64,000 nt of DNA, taken from contig OZ241986.1 in NCBI GenBank assembly GCA_965204375.1, positions 448,001 to 512,000 on the forward strand, given 5' to 3'. Positions within the stretch are counted from its first letter, which is position 1, and each line of letters starts with the position of its first letter. Below are positions 56,302 to 64,000 of this stretch, one piece after another. Both the position numbers and the translations under genes were made by a program. The notes beneath the pieces were generated by a model, which did not search any database, was not told the DNA's origin, and saw nothing but the letters and a program-made list of their open reading frames with translations. The stretch is from Candidatus Latescibacterota bacterium (GTDB lineage Bacteria > Latescibacterota > UBA2968).

Positions 56302-58230
56302 ATGGCAGAGGAGCAAAGGGTGCCTTATACTGAAGCTGGATACGGAATCGTCCTGTCGAAAAACGTCATGGTCCCCATGCGGGATGGTACTCGTCTGGCC
56401 ACAGACATTTACCGTCCGGCACGCGATGGTGAGCCACTGCCGGGTCCCTTTCCCACAATTCTGTGTCGCACCCCGTATGACAAATCCGATGCACGCTATG
56501 AGGAAATAGGAGATTTCTTTACGCCACACGGGTATGTGACCGTGCTCCAGGACTTGCGAGGCCGATACCGTTCCGAAGGTTTGGGTCAGTACTTCCACGT
56601 TGCCAATATCAACGATGGCCTGGACGGCTATGACACGGTAGAATGGATCGCTGCCCAGCCCTGGTCAAACAAACGCGTGGGGGCTGTTGGCAGTTCTTTC
56701 GCGGCTCTGGTGCAGACCCGAATGGCGTTTCACCGTCCGCCGCATCTCACTGCCATCTGGCCAGACGTAACACCCATTAACAGCTATCACCATCAGGCTC
56801 GAGAAGGCGGGGCCATGCAGATGCACATGTTCTGGGCGCTTTACCTCCATGCTCAGGACGCACAGGAAATCCAGAATGACCCTGAAGCGCAGGACGCTGT
56901 CTGGAACGATCTCCGCGGGATTCGCGAACTTCTCGTTTCAATGCCGTTTCAGCCCGGTCAAACTGCTCTATCCACAGTTCCCAATCTCGAAAAAACGCTT
57001 TTTGACTACTATCATCGGGGAGAGTACGATAGTTTCTGGGAGCGGGAATACAACGATTTTGAGCGGAATTTCGAACGTCACGCAGACATTCCCGGCACCT
57101 ATTCAAGCGGCTGGTACGACCCGTACGCTGTAGCCGTCACGGGCTATTTTGCCGCAATGGCCGAACAAAACGCTACGCCGCAACGACTGGTGATGGGGCC
57201 CTGGAATCACGTGGGGATGAGAGGGGATTCTTCTTTCACGGGAGATGTAGATTTTGGATCTGACAGTGTTTGGGGGATAAGCCGCTACTTCGAAGAACAA
57301 CGCCGGTTTTTTGACGCGTGGCTAAGAGATATACCTTCAGGAAAGGAAGACGATCCACCTGTGAGTATATTTGTGATGGGCGGAGGCGCAGGTCGCAAAA
57401 CGGACGAGGGAAAATACCACCACGGAGGAAGATGGCGTCGTGAGCGGGAGTGGCCATTGGCCCGTACTCGTACTATTCAGTACCACTTTCATTCGCAGGG
57501 CCTACTGAGTACAGATGAGCCTGATGAGGAAAGCCCTCCTCTGTCCTTCACCTACGATCCCACCAATCCGGTACCCACGATTGGAGGCAGTCTGTGTGGC
57601 ATCATGGAGCTTCCAGAGGATGCTGGAGATCTGGACCAGATGTGGAGCCGGTTTCTCTCGCCGGTTACGCGATTGCGCAACATCGTCATTCCCGGGCCTA
57701 CCTATCAAAAGGAGTCTGCCGATGTATTTGGCGCACATCCCCCTTACCAGCTTTTGGCGGATCGACCAGATGTGCTGGTCTTTCAGACGTCTCCTCTGGA
57801 GGAGGATCTGGAAGTAACCGGATCCGCCATTGTCACATTGTGGATTTCTTCCTCGGCTCCCGATACCGATTTTACCGCGAAGCTCATTGACCTTGCGCCG
57901 GCTAACGATGACTATCCGGACGGATATGCAATGAACCTCGTGGATTCCGTGATTCGCACGCGGTATCGAAATAGCTGGGAACAGGAAGAACTCATGGAAC
58001 CCGGTGCAGTCTATCGGGTTCAGATTCCTCTGCCCCCAACCAGTAATTTGTTTCAGGCGGGGCATCGGATCAGGATCGATATATCCAGTAGCAATTTCCC
58101 CCGCCTGGACTTGAATCCCAATACGGGCGAACCAATGGGAAGGCATACACACACGGTATCCGCACGCAACACGGTATATATGGACAAGCAGCGCCCGTCG
58201 GGTGTGCTTCTGCCGACTATCCCAGTCTAA
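56302..58230 (+). CDS. CocE/NonD family hydrolase
   Basis: MRDGTRLATD, RTPY, RGRYRSEG, GSSF nucleophile, GPWNH, SSSNFPR. Confidence 0.93.
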   Translation: MAEEQRVPYTEAGYGIVLSKNVMVPMRDGTRLATDIYRPARDGEPLPGPFPTILCRTPYDKSDARYEEIGDFFTPHGYVTVLQDLRGRYRSEGLGQYFHVANINDGLDGYDTVEWIAAQPWSNKRVGAVGSSFAALVQTRMAFHRPPHLTAIWPDVTPINSYHHQAREGGAMQMHMFWALYLHAQDAQEIQNDPEAQDAVWNDLRGIRELLVSMPFQPGQTALSTVPNLEKTLFDYYHRGEYDSFWEREYNDFERNFERHADIPGTYSSGWYDPYAVAVTGYFAAMAEQNATPQRLVMGPWNHVGMRGDSSFTGDVDFGSDSVWGISRYFEEQRRFFDAWLRDIPSGKEDDPPVSIFVMGGGAGRKTDEGKYHHGGRWRREREWPLARTRTIQYHFHSQGLLSTDEPDEESPPLSFTYDPTNPVPTIGGSLCGIMELPEDAGDLDQMWSRFLSPVTRLRNIVIPGPTYQKESADVFGAHPPYQLLADRPDVLVFQTSPLEEDLEVTGSAIVTLWISSSAPDTDFTAKLIDLAPANDDYPDGYAMNLVDSVIRTRYRNSWEQEELMEPGAVYRVQIPLPPTSNLFQAGHRIRIDISSSNFPRLDLNPNTGEPMGRHTHTVSARNTVYMDKQRPSGVLLPTIPV

Positions 58231-58278
58231 GTATTCATGGGTATTTTGGAAGATTCCATATAGGCGATAACTATTTTT

Positions 58279-59115
58279 ATGCACTGGCTCTTTTTTTCTA
58301 TTATCCTCGACTTCGGTTTTGTCCAGCTTTTCAAGCTCGGACAAAGACGTGGCGATTACGCGCCAGTGGTTGTTTCTGTAAACTATCTCGTCTTGGCTCT
58401 CGCAATTGCCATTTATCTTTTTGTTACCGATGCATGGACATTTCCCACACTTGCCCTTTACACGGGGTTGGGAACTGGTACGGTTTTTATCAGTTCCATG
58501 TTGCTGATGAATCACGCGCTTACGCTCGCGCCCGTCGGTTCTGTGGTTACGGCTTTCCGAATGTCCATTGTCGTGCCCATTGTGATGGGCATTTATCTCT
58601 GGGGCGAATCCATGGCCCCAACGCAGTTTGTGGGGGTGCTTCTCGCGCTCAGTGCTCTGGCACTTATGACTTCTCATCCGAGCAGAACCGCGCAGGTCAG
58701 AGGAATAAAAGCATTTGGTTTGCTTATCGCGATCTGCCTCTGGCAAGGCGTGAGCCATACGGGCTTGCGGTCTGTTCACTACAATGGTCTCGATCCCGTC
58801 TATCTGCACATCTTGACGTTCATCGGAGCAACTGCCGGGCTGATGGGCAGTGTTGTCATCATTCTCAAAAAACACCGACCACAAAGACCTGCGGTCAAAC
58901 TTGGCATTTTTATTGGTTTTTACAATGTTCTGGCGCTTTGCGTCATTATGACCGCATTAAGCAAGTTGCCAGGCACGCTTTTTTTTCCGACATTGGGATG
59001 TAGTGTTGTTGTGCTGGATAATCTCTTTGCCCATTTCTACTGGAAAGAACGCCTCGCCCGACCCGCTATTGCCGGTGTGGGGATCGCTGTTCTCGCCGTT
59101 CTTCTGGTTTTGTGA
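58279..59115 (+). CDS. DMT/EamA family transporter
   Basis: About 10 TM helices in two repeats; WGE and WKERL motifs. Confidence 0.82.
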   Translation: MHWLFFSIILDFGFVQLFKLGQRRGDYAPVVVSVNYLVLALAIAIYLFVTDAWTFPTLALYTGLGTGTVFISSMLLMNHALTLAPVGSVVTAFRMSIVVPIVMGIYLWGESMAPTQFVGVLLALSALALMTSHPSRTAQVRGIKAFGLLIAICLWQGVSHTGLRSVHYNGLDPVYLHILTFIGATAGLMGSVVIILKKHRPQRPAVKLGIFIGFYNVLALCVIMTALSKLPGTLFFPTLGCSVVVLDNLFAHFYWKERLARPAIAGVGIAVLAVLLVL

Positions 59116-59127
59116 AAGGAATTCTCC

Positions 59128-60465
59128 ATGAGCCGACCCAATATTGTTTTTGTATTCGCCGATGACTGGGGCTGGGGCGATTTGAGTTGTTATGGACATC
59201 CTCATGCCAGGACACCAAATCTGGACCGTCTCGCTGCACAGGGGACCCTTTTTTCTCAGTTCTACGTTTGCTCTGGCGTTTGTTCTCCAAGCCGTGCCGC
59301 TGTTATGACCGGACGTTTTCCAGCGCACTGGGGCATACACGGGCATTTTGCACAGCACGGGCAAAACGCGGCACGGGGTATGCCCAATTTTCTCGATCCC
59401 GATGCGGTTACAGTTACTGGTCTGTTGCAACAAAGTGGGTACGCGGTGGGGCACTTTGGCAAGTGGCATCTCGGTAGCGGTGCGGGCGCACCCGCACCTT
59501 ATGATTACGGTATTGACGAGAGTAAAATCAATGTGGGAAATGGTCAGTTGCTCAATTTTACCGATTTGCAGACCGGGGAAGGTCGCAGCCGTTCTACGGA
59601 GGTGATTATTGATGAAACCATTGGTTTTATTGAGCGCAATAAAGACGAGCCTTTTTTTGTTCAGGCATGGCTCAACGATACCCACGCGATTCTCGATCCG
59701 ACTGAAGAACAGATGGAACCCTATAAGCAGTTCACTGCGAATGGCCTGGAAGATAAACACAAAGGCGCGTTGCGGATTTACTACTCGGTTGTTACCAATG
59801 CAGACCGCCATATTGGCCGGCTGATGGATAAACTCGACGAATTGAATTTGAGCGATAATACCATTGTGATCTTTTCTGCGGACAATGGCCCCGAAGATAT
59901 CCATATTCGCAATGCCACGCACAGCGGCGTCGGTTCTTCCGGTCCTTTTCGCGGTCGCAAGCGCAGCCTCTACGAGGGCGGTGTGCGTACGCCTTTTATT
60001 ATTCGCTGGCCCAATGGCGTTTCTGCCGGGCGGATTGATAATGATACGCCGCTTTGTGCGGTTGATCTCCTACCTACTTTTTGCAATCTGGCGGATATTG
60101 ATATCGATGGGTTAGTGATTGATGGGGAAGACATGACCGATGCGTTGCGCGGTCGAAGTGTTATAAGACAAAAACCGCTTATGTGGGAATGGCGGTTCAA
60201 TATTGCCGGGCATTGTTTGCACAAAAGTCCCATGCTTTCTATCCGCGAAGGCGATTGGAAATTGCTTTTGAATCCCGACCGCAGCCGCGTCGAGCTTTTC
60301 AATATTCCGCGAGATCCGATGGAACTCAACAATCGCGTAGAATATATGCCAGAGCGCGTCGCGGAAATGGCTGATCGAGTGCTCGCCTGGCAAGATACCC
60401 TGCCCGAAGGTCCGATTGATGACAATGCGGGGTCCAATGCGTATCCCTGGCCCGGCACGTTTTAG
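59128..60465 (+). CDS. Sulfatase (arylsulfatase/GalNAc-6-sulfatase-like)
   Basis: ADDWGWGD, CSPSR, GKWHLG, ADNGP and LYEGGVR motifs. Confidence 0.93.
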   Translation: MSRPNIVFVFADDWGWGDLSCYGHPHARTPNLDRLAAQGTLFSQFYVCSGVCSPSRAAVMTGRFPAHWGIHGHFAQHGQNAARGMPNFLDPDAVTVTGLLQQSGYAVGHFGKWHLGSGAGAPAPYDYGIDESKINVGNGQLLNFTDLQTGEGRSRSTEVIIDETIGFIERNKDEPFFVQAWLNDTHAILDPTEEQMEPYKQFTANGLEDKHKGALRIYYSVVTNADRHIGRLMDKLDELNLSDNTIVIFSADNGPEDIHIRNATHSGVGSSGPFRGRKRSLYEGGVRTPFIIRWPNGVSAGRIDNDTPLCAVDLLPTFCNLADIDIDGLVIDGEDMTDALRGRSVIRQKPLMWEWRFNIAGHCLHKSPMLSIREGDWKLLLNPDRSRVELFNIPRDPMELNNRVEYMPERVAEMADRVLAWQDTLPEGPIDDNAGSNAYPWPGTF

Positions 60466-60468
60466 GAT

Positions 60469-60870
60469 ATGGATGCACGTAAAACTGTACACGCCTATTT
60501 TGACGCGCTTACTGCGGGAGACGCGCGACGGTTGATCGGTCTTATGTCTCGTGCGCCTTATTATGTCAAAATCGGTACAGATGAAGATGAATATATCCAG
60601 GGTGATGAAAATACGCCCAGGTACTATCGTCACCATGTGGATAGTACAGAGGATTTCGCCATTACCTGCGATTATCTCGATGTTCAAGAGCGCGAGGCAG
60701 TTGCATGGTTTTACACACGTCAAACCTGGAATCTCAAATGGCAGGGCCAGCGCGAACAATTGGCTATGCGCTTGACGGGTGTTCTCGAAAAAGAAAAAGA
60801 TCAGTGGAAATTTGTCCAGATCCACGCTTCACTCGGTGTACCTGAATCAGGAGATATGCACGATGGATGA
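60469..60870 (+). CDS. NTF2/SnoaL-like protein
   Basis: IGTDEDE, RLTGVLEK...WKFVQIHAS. Confidence 0.85.
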   Translation: MDARKTVHAYFDALTAGDARRLIGLMSRAPYYVKIGTDEDEYIQGDENTPRYYRHHVDSTEDFAITCDYLDVQEREAVAWFYTRQTWNLKWQGQREQLAMRLTGVLEKEKDQWKFVQIHASLGVPESGDMHDG

Positions 60871-62086
60871 ACTCGCCATTAACGGTGGAGAAAAGGCCAA
60901 AACCGTTCCGTACAATCAGCCGAATAAGTACACCGATGAAGAGCGCGAATTGTTGCTCGAGGTTCTCGATTCGGGTAAACTGATGGGACCGGGAGGGAAA
61001 GTTGCGGATTTTGAAGATGAGGTATGTCGCGCATTCGATGTCAAACACGCGATTATGGTGACCTCTGGCACGGTTGCACTGCAAACGGCTCTTGCCGCGC
61101 TGGGTGTATCTGAAGGCGATGAGGTTATTACCACGCCTATGACGGATTTTGGCACGACTGCGGCTATACTCGCGCTGCACGCCATTCCGATTTTTTCTGA
61201 TATCGATTTGTCAACCCGCTTGCTCGATCCGCAAAAGGTGCGCGAGAAAATTACCGATAAGACCAGAGCTATTATTACCGTCCACATGGCCGGTATGCCA
61301 TGTGAGATGGACGCGTTTCTGGATATTAGCGAGGAGACAGGGGTTAAAATTCTCGAAGATTGCGCGCAGGCACACGGCGCGACTTATCGCGGTCGCTTTG
61401 TCGGTGCGATTGGAAACGCTGCAGGGTTTTCCATGAATGAATCCAAGCAGATTTCCACTGGCGATGGCGGTTTTGTCACGACCAATGACGATGAGACCGC
61501 TGAAATCGCCCGTCTTTTCCGCGACAAAACCTATTTGCGGGGTCAGAAGCTCGAACGCGGTGTGCAACCCATTCCCTTTTTTGGCACTAATTTGCGCCCA
61601 ACCTGCTTGCAAGCCGCTGTCGCTATTGCCCAACTCCACAAGCTCGAATACCTCGTTGCCCGCCGCGACCAGATTGTTCGGCGATACTATGCCGAACTCG
61701 GCGATCTACCCCATCTCGATTTTCCGAAAATTGCCGATAAAGCCCACCCTTCGTGGTGGCCGCTTGCCATTCGATATACGGGTAGTACGCCAACGCGGGA
61801 TGAACTCGTCGATGTTTTTCGCGCCGAAGGCATTTCCATTAATACGAGCATGTCCGCGGTGAAAAATATTCTCCGTACGGAGGTTATTCAAAAACGCAAG
61901 TACTATCCTTTAACGGACGATATTCCGATATTCTGGCAAAATACTGCGTACAATCCCGATGACTGTCCCAATGTCGATACCCTGCAAGCCACTTGTCTGC
62001 GCCTTCCCGTGAATGAACGCTATACCGACGAGGATATCGATCAGACGATCGCAGGGGTAAAAAAGGTTTGGGCGCACTATTTTTAG
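60863..62086 (+). CDS. DegT/DnrJ/EryC1/StrS family PLP aminotransferase
   Basis: LAINGG, SGTVAL, EDCAQAHGA, FSMNESKQISTGDGG (PLP lysine). Confidence 0.92.
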   Translation: MDELAINGGEKAKTVPYNQPNKYTDEERELLLEVLDSGKLMGPGGKVADFEDEVCRAFDVKHAIMVTSGTVALQTALAALGVSEGDEVITTPMTDFGTTAAILALHAIPIFSDIDLSTRLLDPQKVREKITDKTRAIITVHMAGMPCEMDAFLDISEETGVKILEDCAQAHGATYRGRFVGAIGNAAGFSMNESKQISTGDGGFVTTNDDETAEIARLFRDKTYLRGQKLERGVQPIPFFGTNLRPTCLQAAVAIAQLHKLEYLVARRDQIVRRYYAELGDLPHLDFPKIADKAHPSWWPLAIRYTGSTPTRDELVDVFRAEGISINTSMSAVKNILRTEVIQKRKYYPLTDDIPIFWQNTAYNPDDCPNVDTLQATCLRLPVNERYTDEDIDQTIAGVKKVWAHYF

Positions 62087-62104
62087 ATCGTGTTGTTTGT
62101 TGTC

Positions 62105-62133
62105 TTGACCAATTATCCGAAACCGAGTAAATT
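62105..62133 (+). promoter_or_regulatory. sigma70-like promoter TTGACC-17bp-TAAATT
   Basis: Near-consensus hexamers upstream of ATG 62171. Confidence 0.5.
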
Positions 62134-62170
62134 GCCTGTCGCAAATCTACAACAACTGGTGAAGGTAACC

Positions 62171-62992
62171 ATGACTTTAGATATCGAATCCGGTATTCGT
62201 CGCCCCAAAATTGACATGCACTGCCATGTCTGGCTTATGGATGGGTGGGAGCAGTCCGCTGATCATCTGGTTGCTTCGGGCGACATGCTCGGCATTACCG
62301 AATACTGGTGTTCCTCCGTTATCCAGCAGGGCATTCTGGCACCTGTTGAGGATGTGTATCCTCATAATGATACTATTTTGAGTGCGATGGCGCGCCATCC
62401 CAAACGCATTCGCGGCTGGTGCTTTGTCATTCCCGGTCATTTTCAAGGCGCTATAGACGAAGCTGAGCGCTGTCTGGATGCGGGCATGATTGGTATTAAG
62501 CTCTACAATCAGTACCGCATTGACGATCCGGTTTTGCACCCTATTCTCGAACTGGCGAGTGAACGCCGCGTGCCCATTCTGCAGCACGCGGGATACCCCG
62601 TTCCCGAACACCGCGCAAGCCAGCCGCTCATTTCACATGGCATCCATTTTAGCGAAGCCAGTGAAAAATATCCCGATGCGATTCTCATTCACGCCCATAT
62701 CGGGGGCGGAGGTGATTGGGAACACACGGTGCGCGAAATGCGTCAGGCGTCTCCCAATGTTTATATCGATGTGTCGGGTAGCAATTTAGACGATGGACAG
62801 GTCGAATACGCGGTTTCAGAACTCGGCGTTGAGCGCGTGCTTTTTGGCACCGATGGCACGATGGCCGGCTCGGTGGGCAAAGTTCTCGATGCAGATCTCA
62901 CCGAGGATGAACGCGAACACATTTTTTGGACCAATGCCGAGCGCATTCTCGCGCAACAAGGGGCTACGCCTACGGAACCTCGCACTTCTTAA
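62171..62992 (+). CDS. Amidohydrolase family protein
   Basis: IDMHCH, GIKL, QH, AHIGGG and LFGTD motifs. Confidence 0.9.
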   Translation: MTLDIESGIRRPKIDMHCHVWLMDGWEQSADHLVASGDMLGITEYWCSSVIQQGILAPVEDVYPHNDTILSAMARHPKRIRGWCFVIPGHFQGAIDEAERCLDAGMIGIKLYNQYRIDDPVLHPILELASERRVPILQHAGYPVPEHRASQPLISHGIHFSEASEKYPDAILIHAHIGGGGDWEHTVREMRQASPNVYIDVSGSNLDDGQVEYAVSELGVERVLFGTDGTMAGSVGKVLDADLTEDEREHIFWTNAERILAQQGATPTEPRTS

Positions 62993-63009
62993 AGGAAGAA
63001 TACAATCAA

Positions 63010-63807
63010 ATGCTTATAGATGTAAATGCCTGGCTCGGCACATGGCCTTTTCGTTCTCTGCGCGACAATACGCCCGATGCTCTTATTACACGGCTCGACC
63101 GCTCGGGTATTGACAAAGCCGTTGTCTCTTATATCGAAGCTGCATTTCACAGGCATCCGCAATCGGCGAATGAACGGCTTGCCCGCGATGTTGAACCGCA
63201 TGGCGATCGTCTTATTCCAGTTGGTACAATTAATCCCCTGTCGCCGCATTGGGAAGACGATTTGACGTCTTGTATTGATCTCGGTATGAAGGGGATTCGC
63301 CTTTTTCCGCAATATCACAACTACCAGATCGATGGTGCTGAGAGCCGAAGCGTCGTTCAAGCCTGCGCTCAGTGCAATCTTCCGGTTTTTATCCCCCATA
63401 GACTCGAAGATGTTCGCCAGCATCACTGGATGGATCCGGGCCAGAGTGTTGATCTGGCTCAAATCGCCAATTTGATTGCTGCTGTACCCGATGCCGCGGT
63501 TATTATACCGAATGCCCGTCCGCTTGCGCGGTCACCGCTCTGGATGCGAGAGGACCTGCGCGATTTGAACTGGTACTTCGATCTTTCACTGGCTGAAATT
63601 CACTATGGTCTGCACAAAAGTACCAATGCGATGAAGGATCTGGGGTATTTGATTGAGGAAGGCGGTGCAAATCATATTCTTTTTGGCACACATTTGCCTT
63701 TGTCTTATGCTGGCCCAGCTCTCGTCAAGCTCGCGATTCTGCCTGTGGATGAAGAGACGCTCGAAGATATTAAACATCGCACTGCTACTAAACTTCTGAA
63801 TCTTTAG
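63010..63807 (+). CDS. Amidohydrolase-like protein with degenerate metal site
   Basis: IDVNAWLG (no HxH), GIRLFPQYH, LFGTH instead of FGTD. Confidence 0.85.
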   Translation: MLIDVNAWLGTWPFRSLRDNTPDALITRLDRSGIDKAVVSYIEAAFHRHPQSANERLARDVEPHGDRLIPVGTINPLSPHWEDDLTSCIDLGMKGIRLFPQYHNYQIDGAESRSVVQACAQCNLPVFIPHRLEDVRQHHWMDPGQSVDLAQIANLIAAVPDAAVIIPNARPLARSPLWMREDLRDLNWYFDLSLAEIHYGLHKSTNAMKDLGYLIEEGGANHILFGTHLPLSYAGPALVKLAILPVDEETLEDIKHRTATKLLNL

Positions 63808-63852
63808 ATACAAAGCTTTTCTCCAGCTTGAACCATCAAAATAGTGCAAACA

Positions 63853-63889
63853 AAACGCCCCTGTTTCATTCGCAGAAACAGGGGCGTTT
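63853..63889. terminator. Bidirectional intrinsic terminator
   Basis: aaacgcccctgtttc-attcgca-gaaacaggggcgttt perfect 15-bp stem between convergent genes. Confidence 0.85.
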
Positions 63890-63912
63890 GAGTTGGTATC
63901 AATGGCGTTTAA

Positions 63913-63999
63913 TTACACTTCATGACATGGCTTTCGCACTATGACGAGGTTGAGGGTGGGGTCCTGAAGGGCGTCTCGGAAGACGCTACGCATCTGGTC
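63913..63999 (-). CDS. 3' end of a gene running off the window (possibly IorA-like TPP enzyme)
   Basis: ...DQMRSVFRDALQDPTLNLVIVRKPCHEV*; VIxRxPC resembles indolepyruvate oxidoreductase alpha C-termini. Confidence 0.45.
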   Translation of the reverse strand, partial: DQMRSVFRDALQDPTLNLVIVRKPCHEV

Positions 64000-64000
64000 G

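Noticed and set aside
57502-59922. Long minus-strand ORFs (460 aa and 321 aa)
   Set aside because: Antisense to the CocE, EamA and sulfatase genes; explained by codon bias
1-64000. CRISPR array, rRNA, intact transposase/integrase or prophage
   Set aside because: No regularly spaced repeats or hallmark genes seen; repeats found are intragenic (TPR, NHL, beta-repeat) or terminator hairpins

Overview
Gene-dense bacterial chromosomal window of roughly 50% GC (by eye). Gene content (many Gfo/Idh/MocA oxidoreductases, amidohydrolases, sulfatases, PhyH, a DUF6785-type membrane protein, TPR/NHL repeats, a C-terminal GDxDxDGxVxFxDFLxF..FG dockerin/EF-hand-like motif) suggests a Latescibacterota/Poribacteria-like heterotroph; that assignment is inference. 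The backbone is catabolic genes plus a complete alternative complex III (actABCDEF, actG-like) + SCO + caa3-type A2 cytochrome c oxidase operon (27480-39701, minus). Accessory DNA is the most interesting part. (i) A promoter-bearing two-gene cassette at 949-1799 pairs a 'DWDG' protein with a putative ADP-ribosyltransferase/RES-like protein. (ii) An AT-richer, scar-filled island at about 14350-19840 holds a candidate structured RNA, small ORFs, an IS3-like end, an HTH-YaaW fusion, a restriction-modification C-terminal remnant coupled to an FRG gene, an in-frame split TPR gene, a Phd antitoxin with a truncated PIN toxin, and a TM-PLD-like/membrane-protein pair. (iii) An AibH1/H2-like tandem amidohydrolase pair is followed by an aldolase interrupted by an in-frame TAG. 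(iv) A DUF1800-DUF1501-NHL triad has no export signals. No rRNA, tRNA, CRISPR array or intact transposase was found. All family calls come from motif recognition, not database searches.
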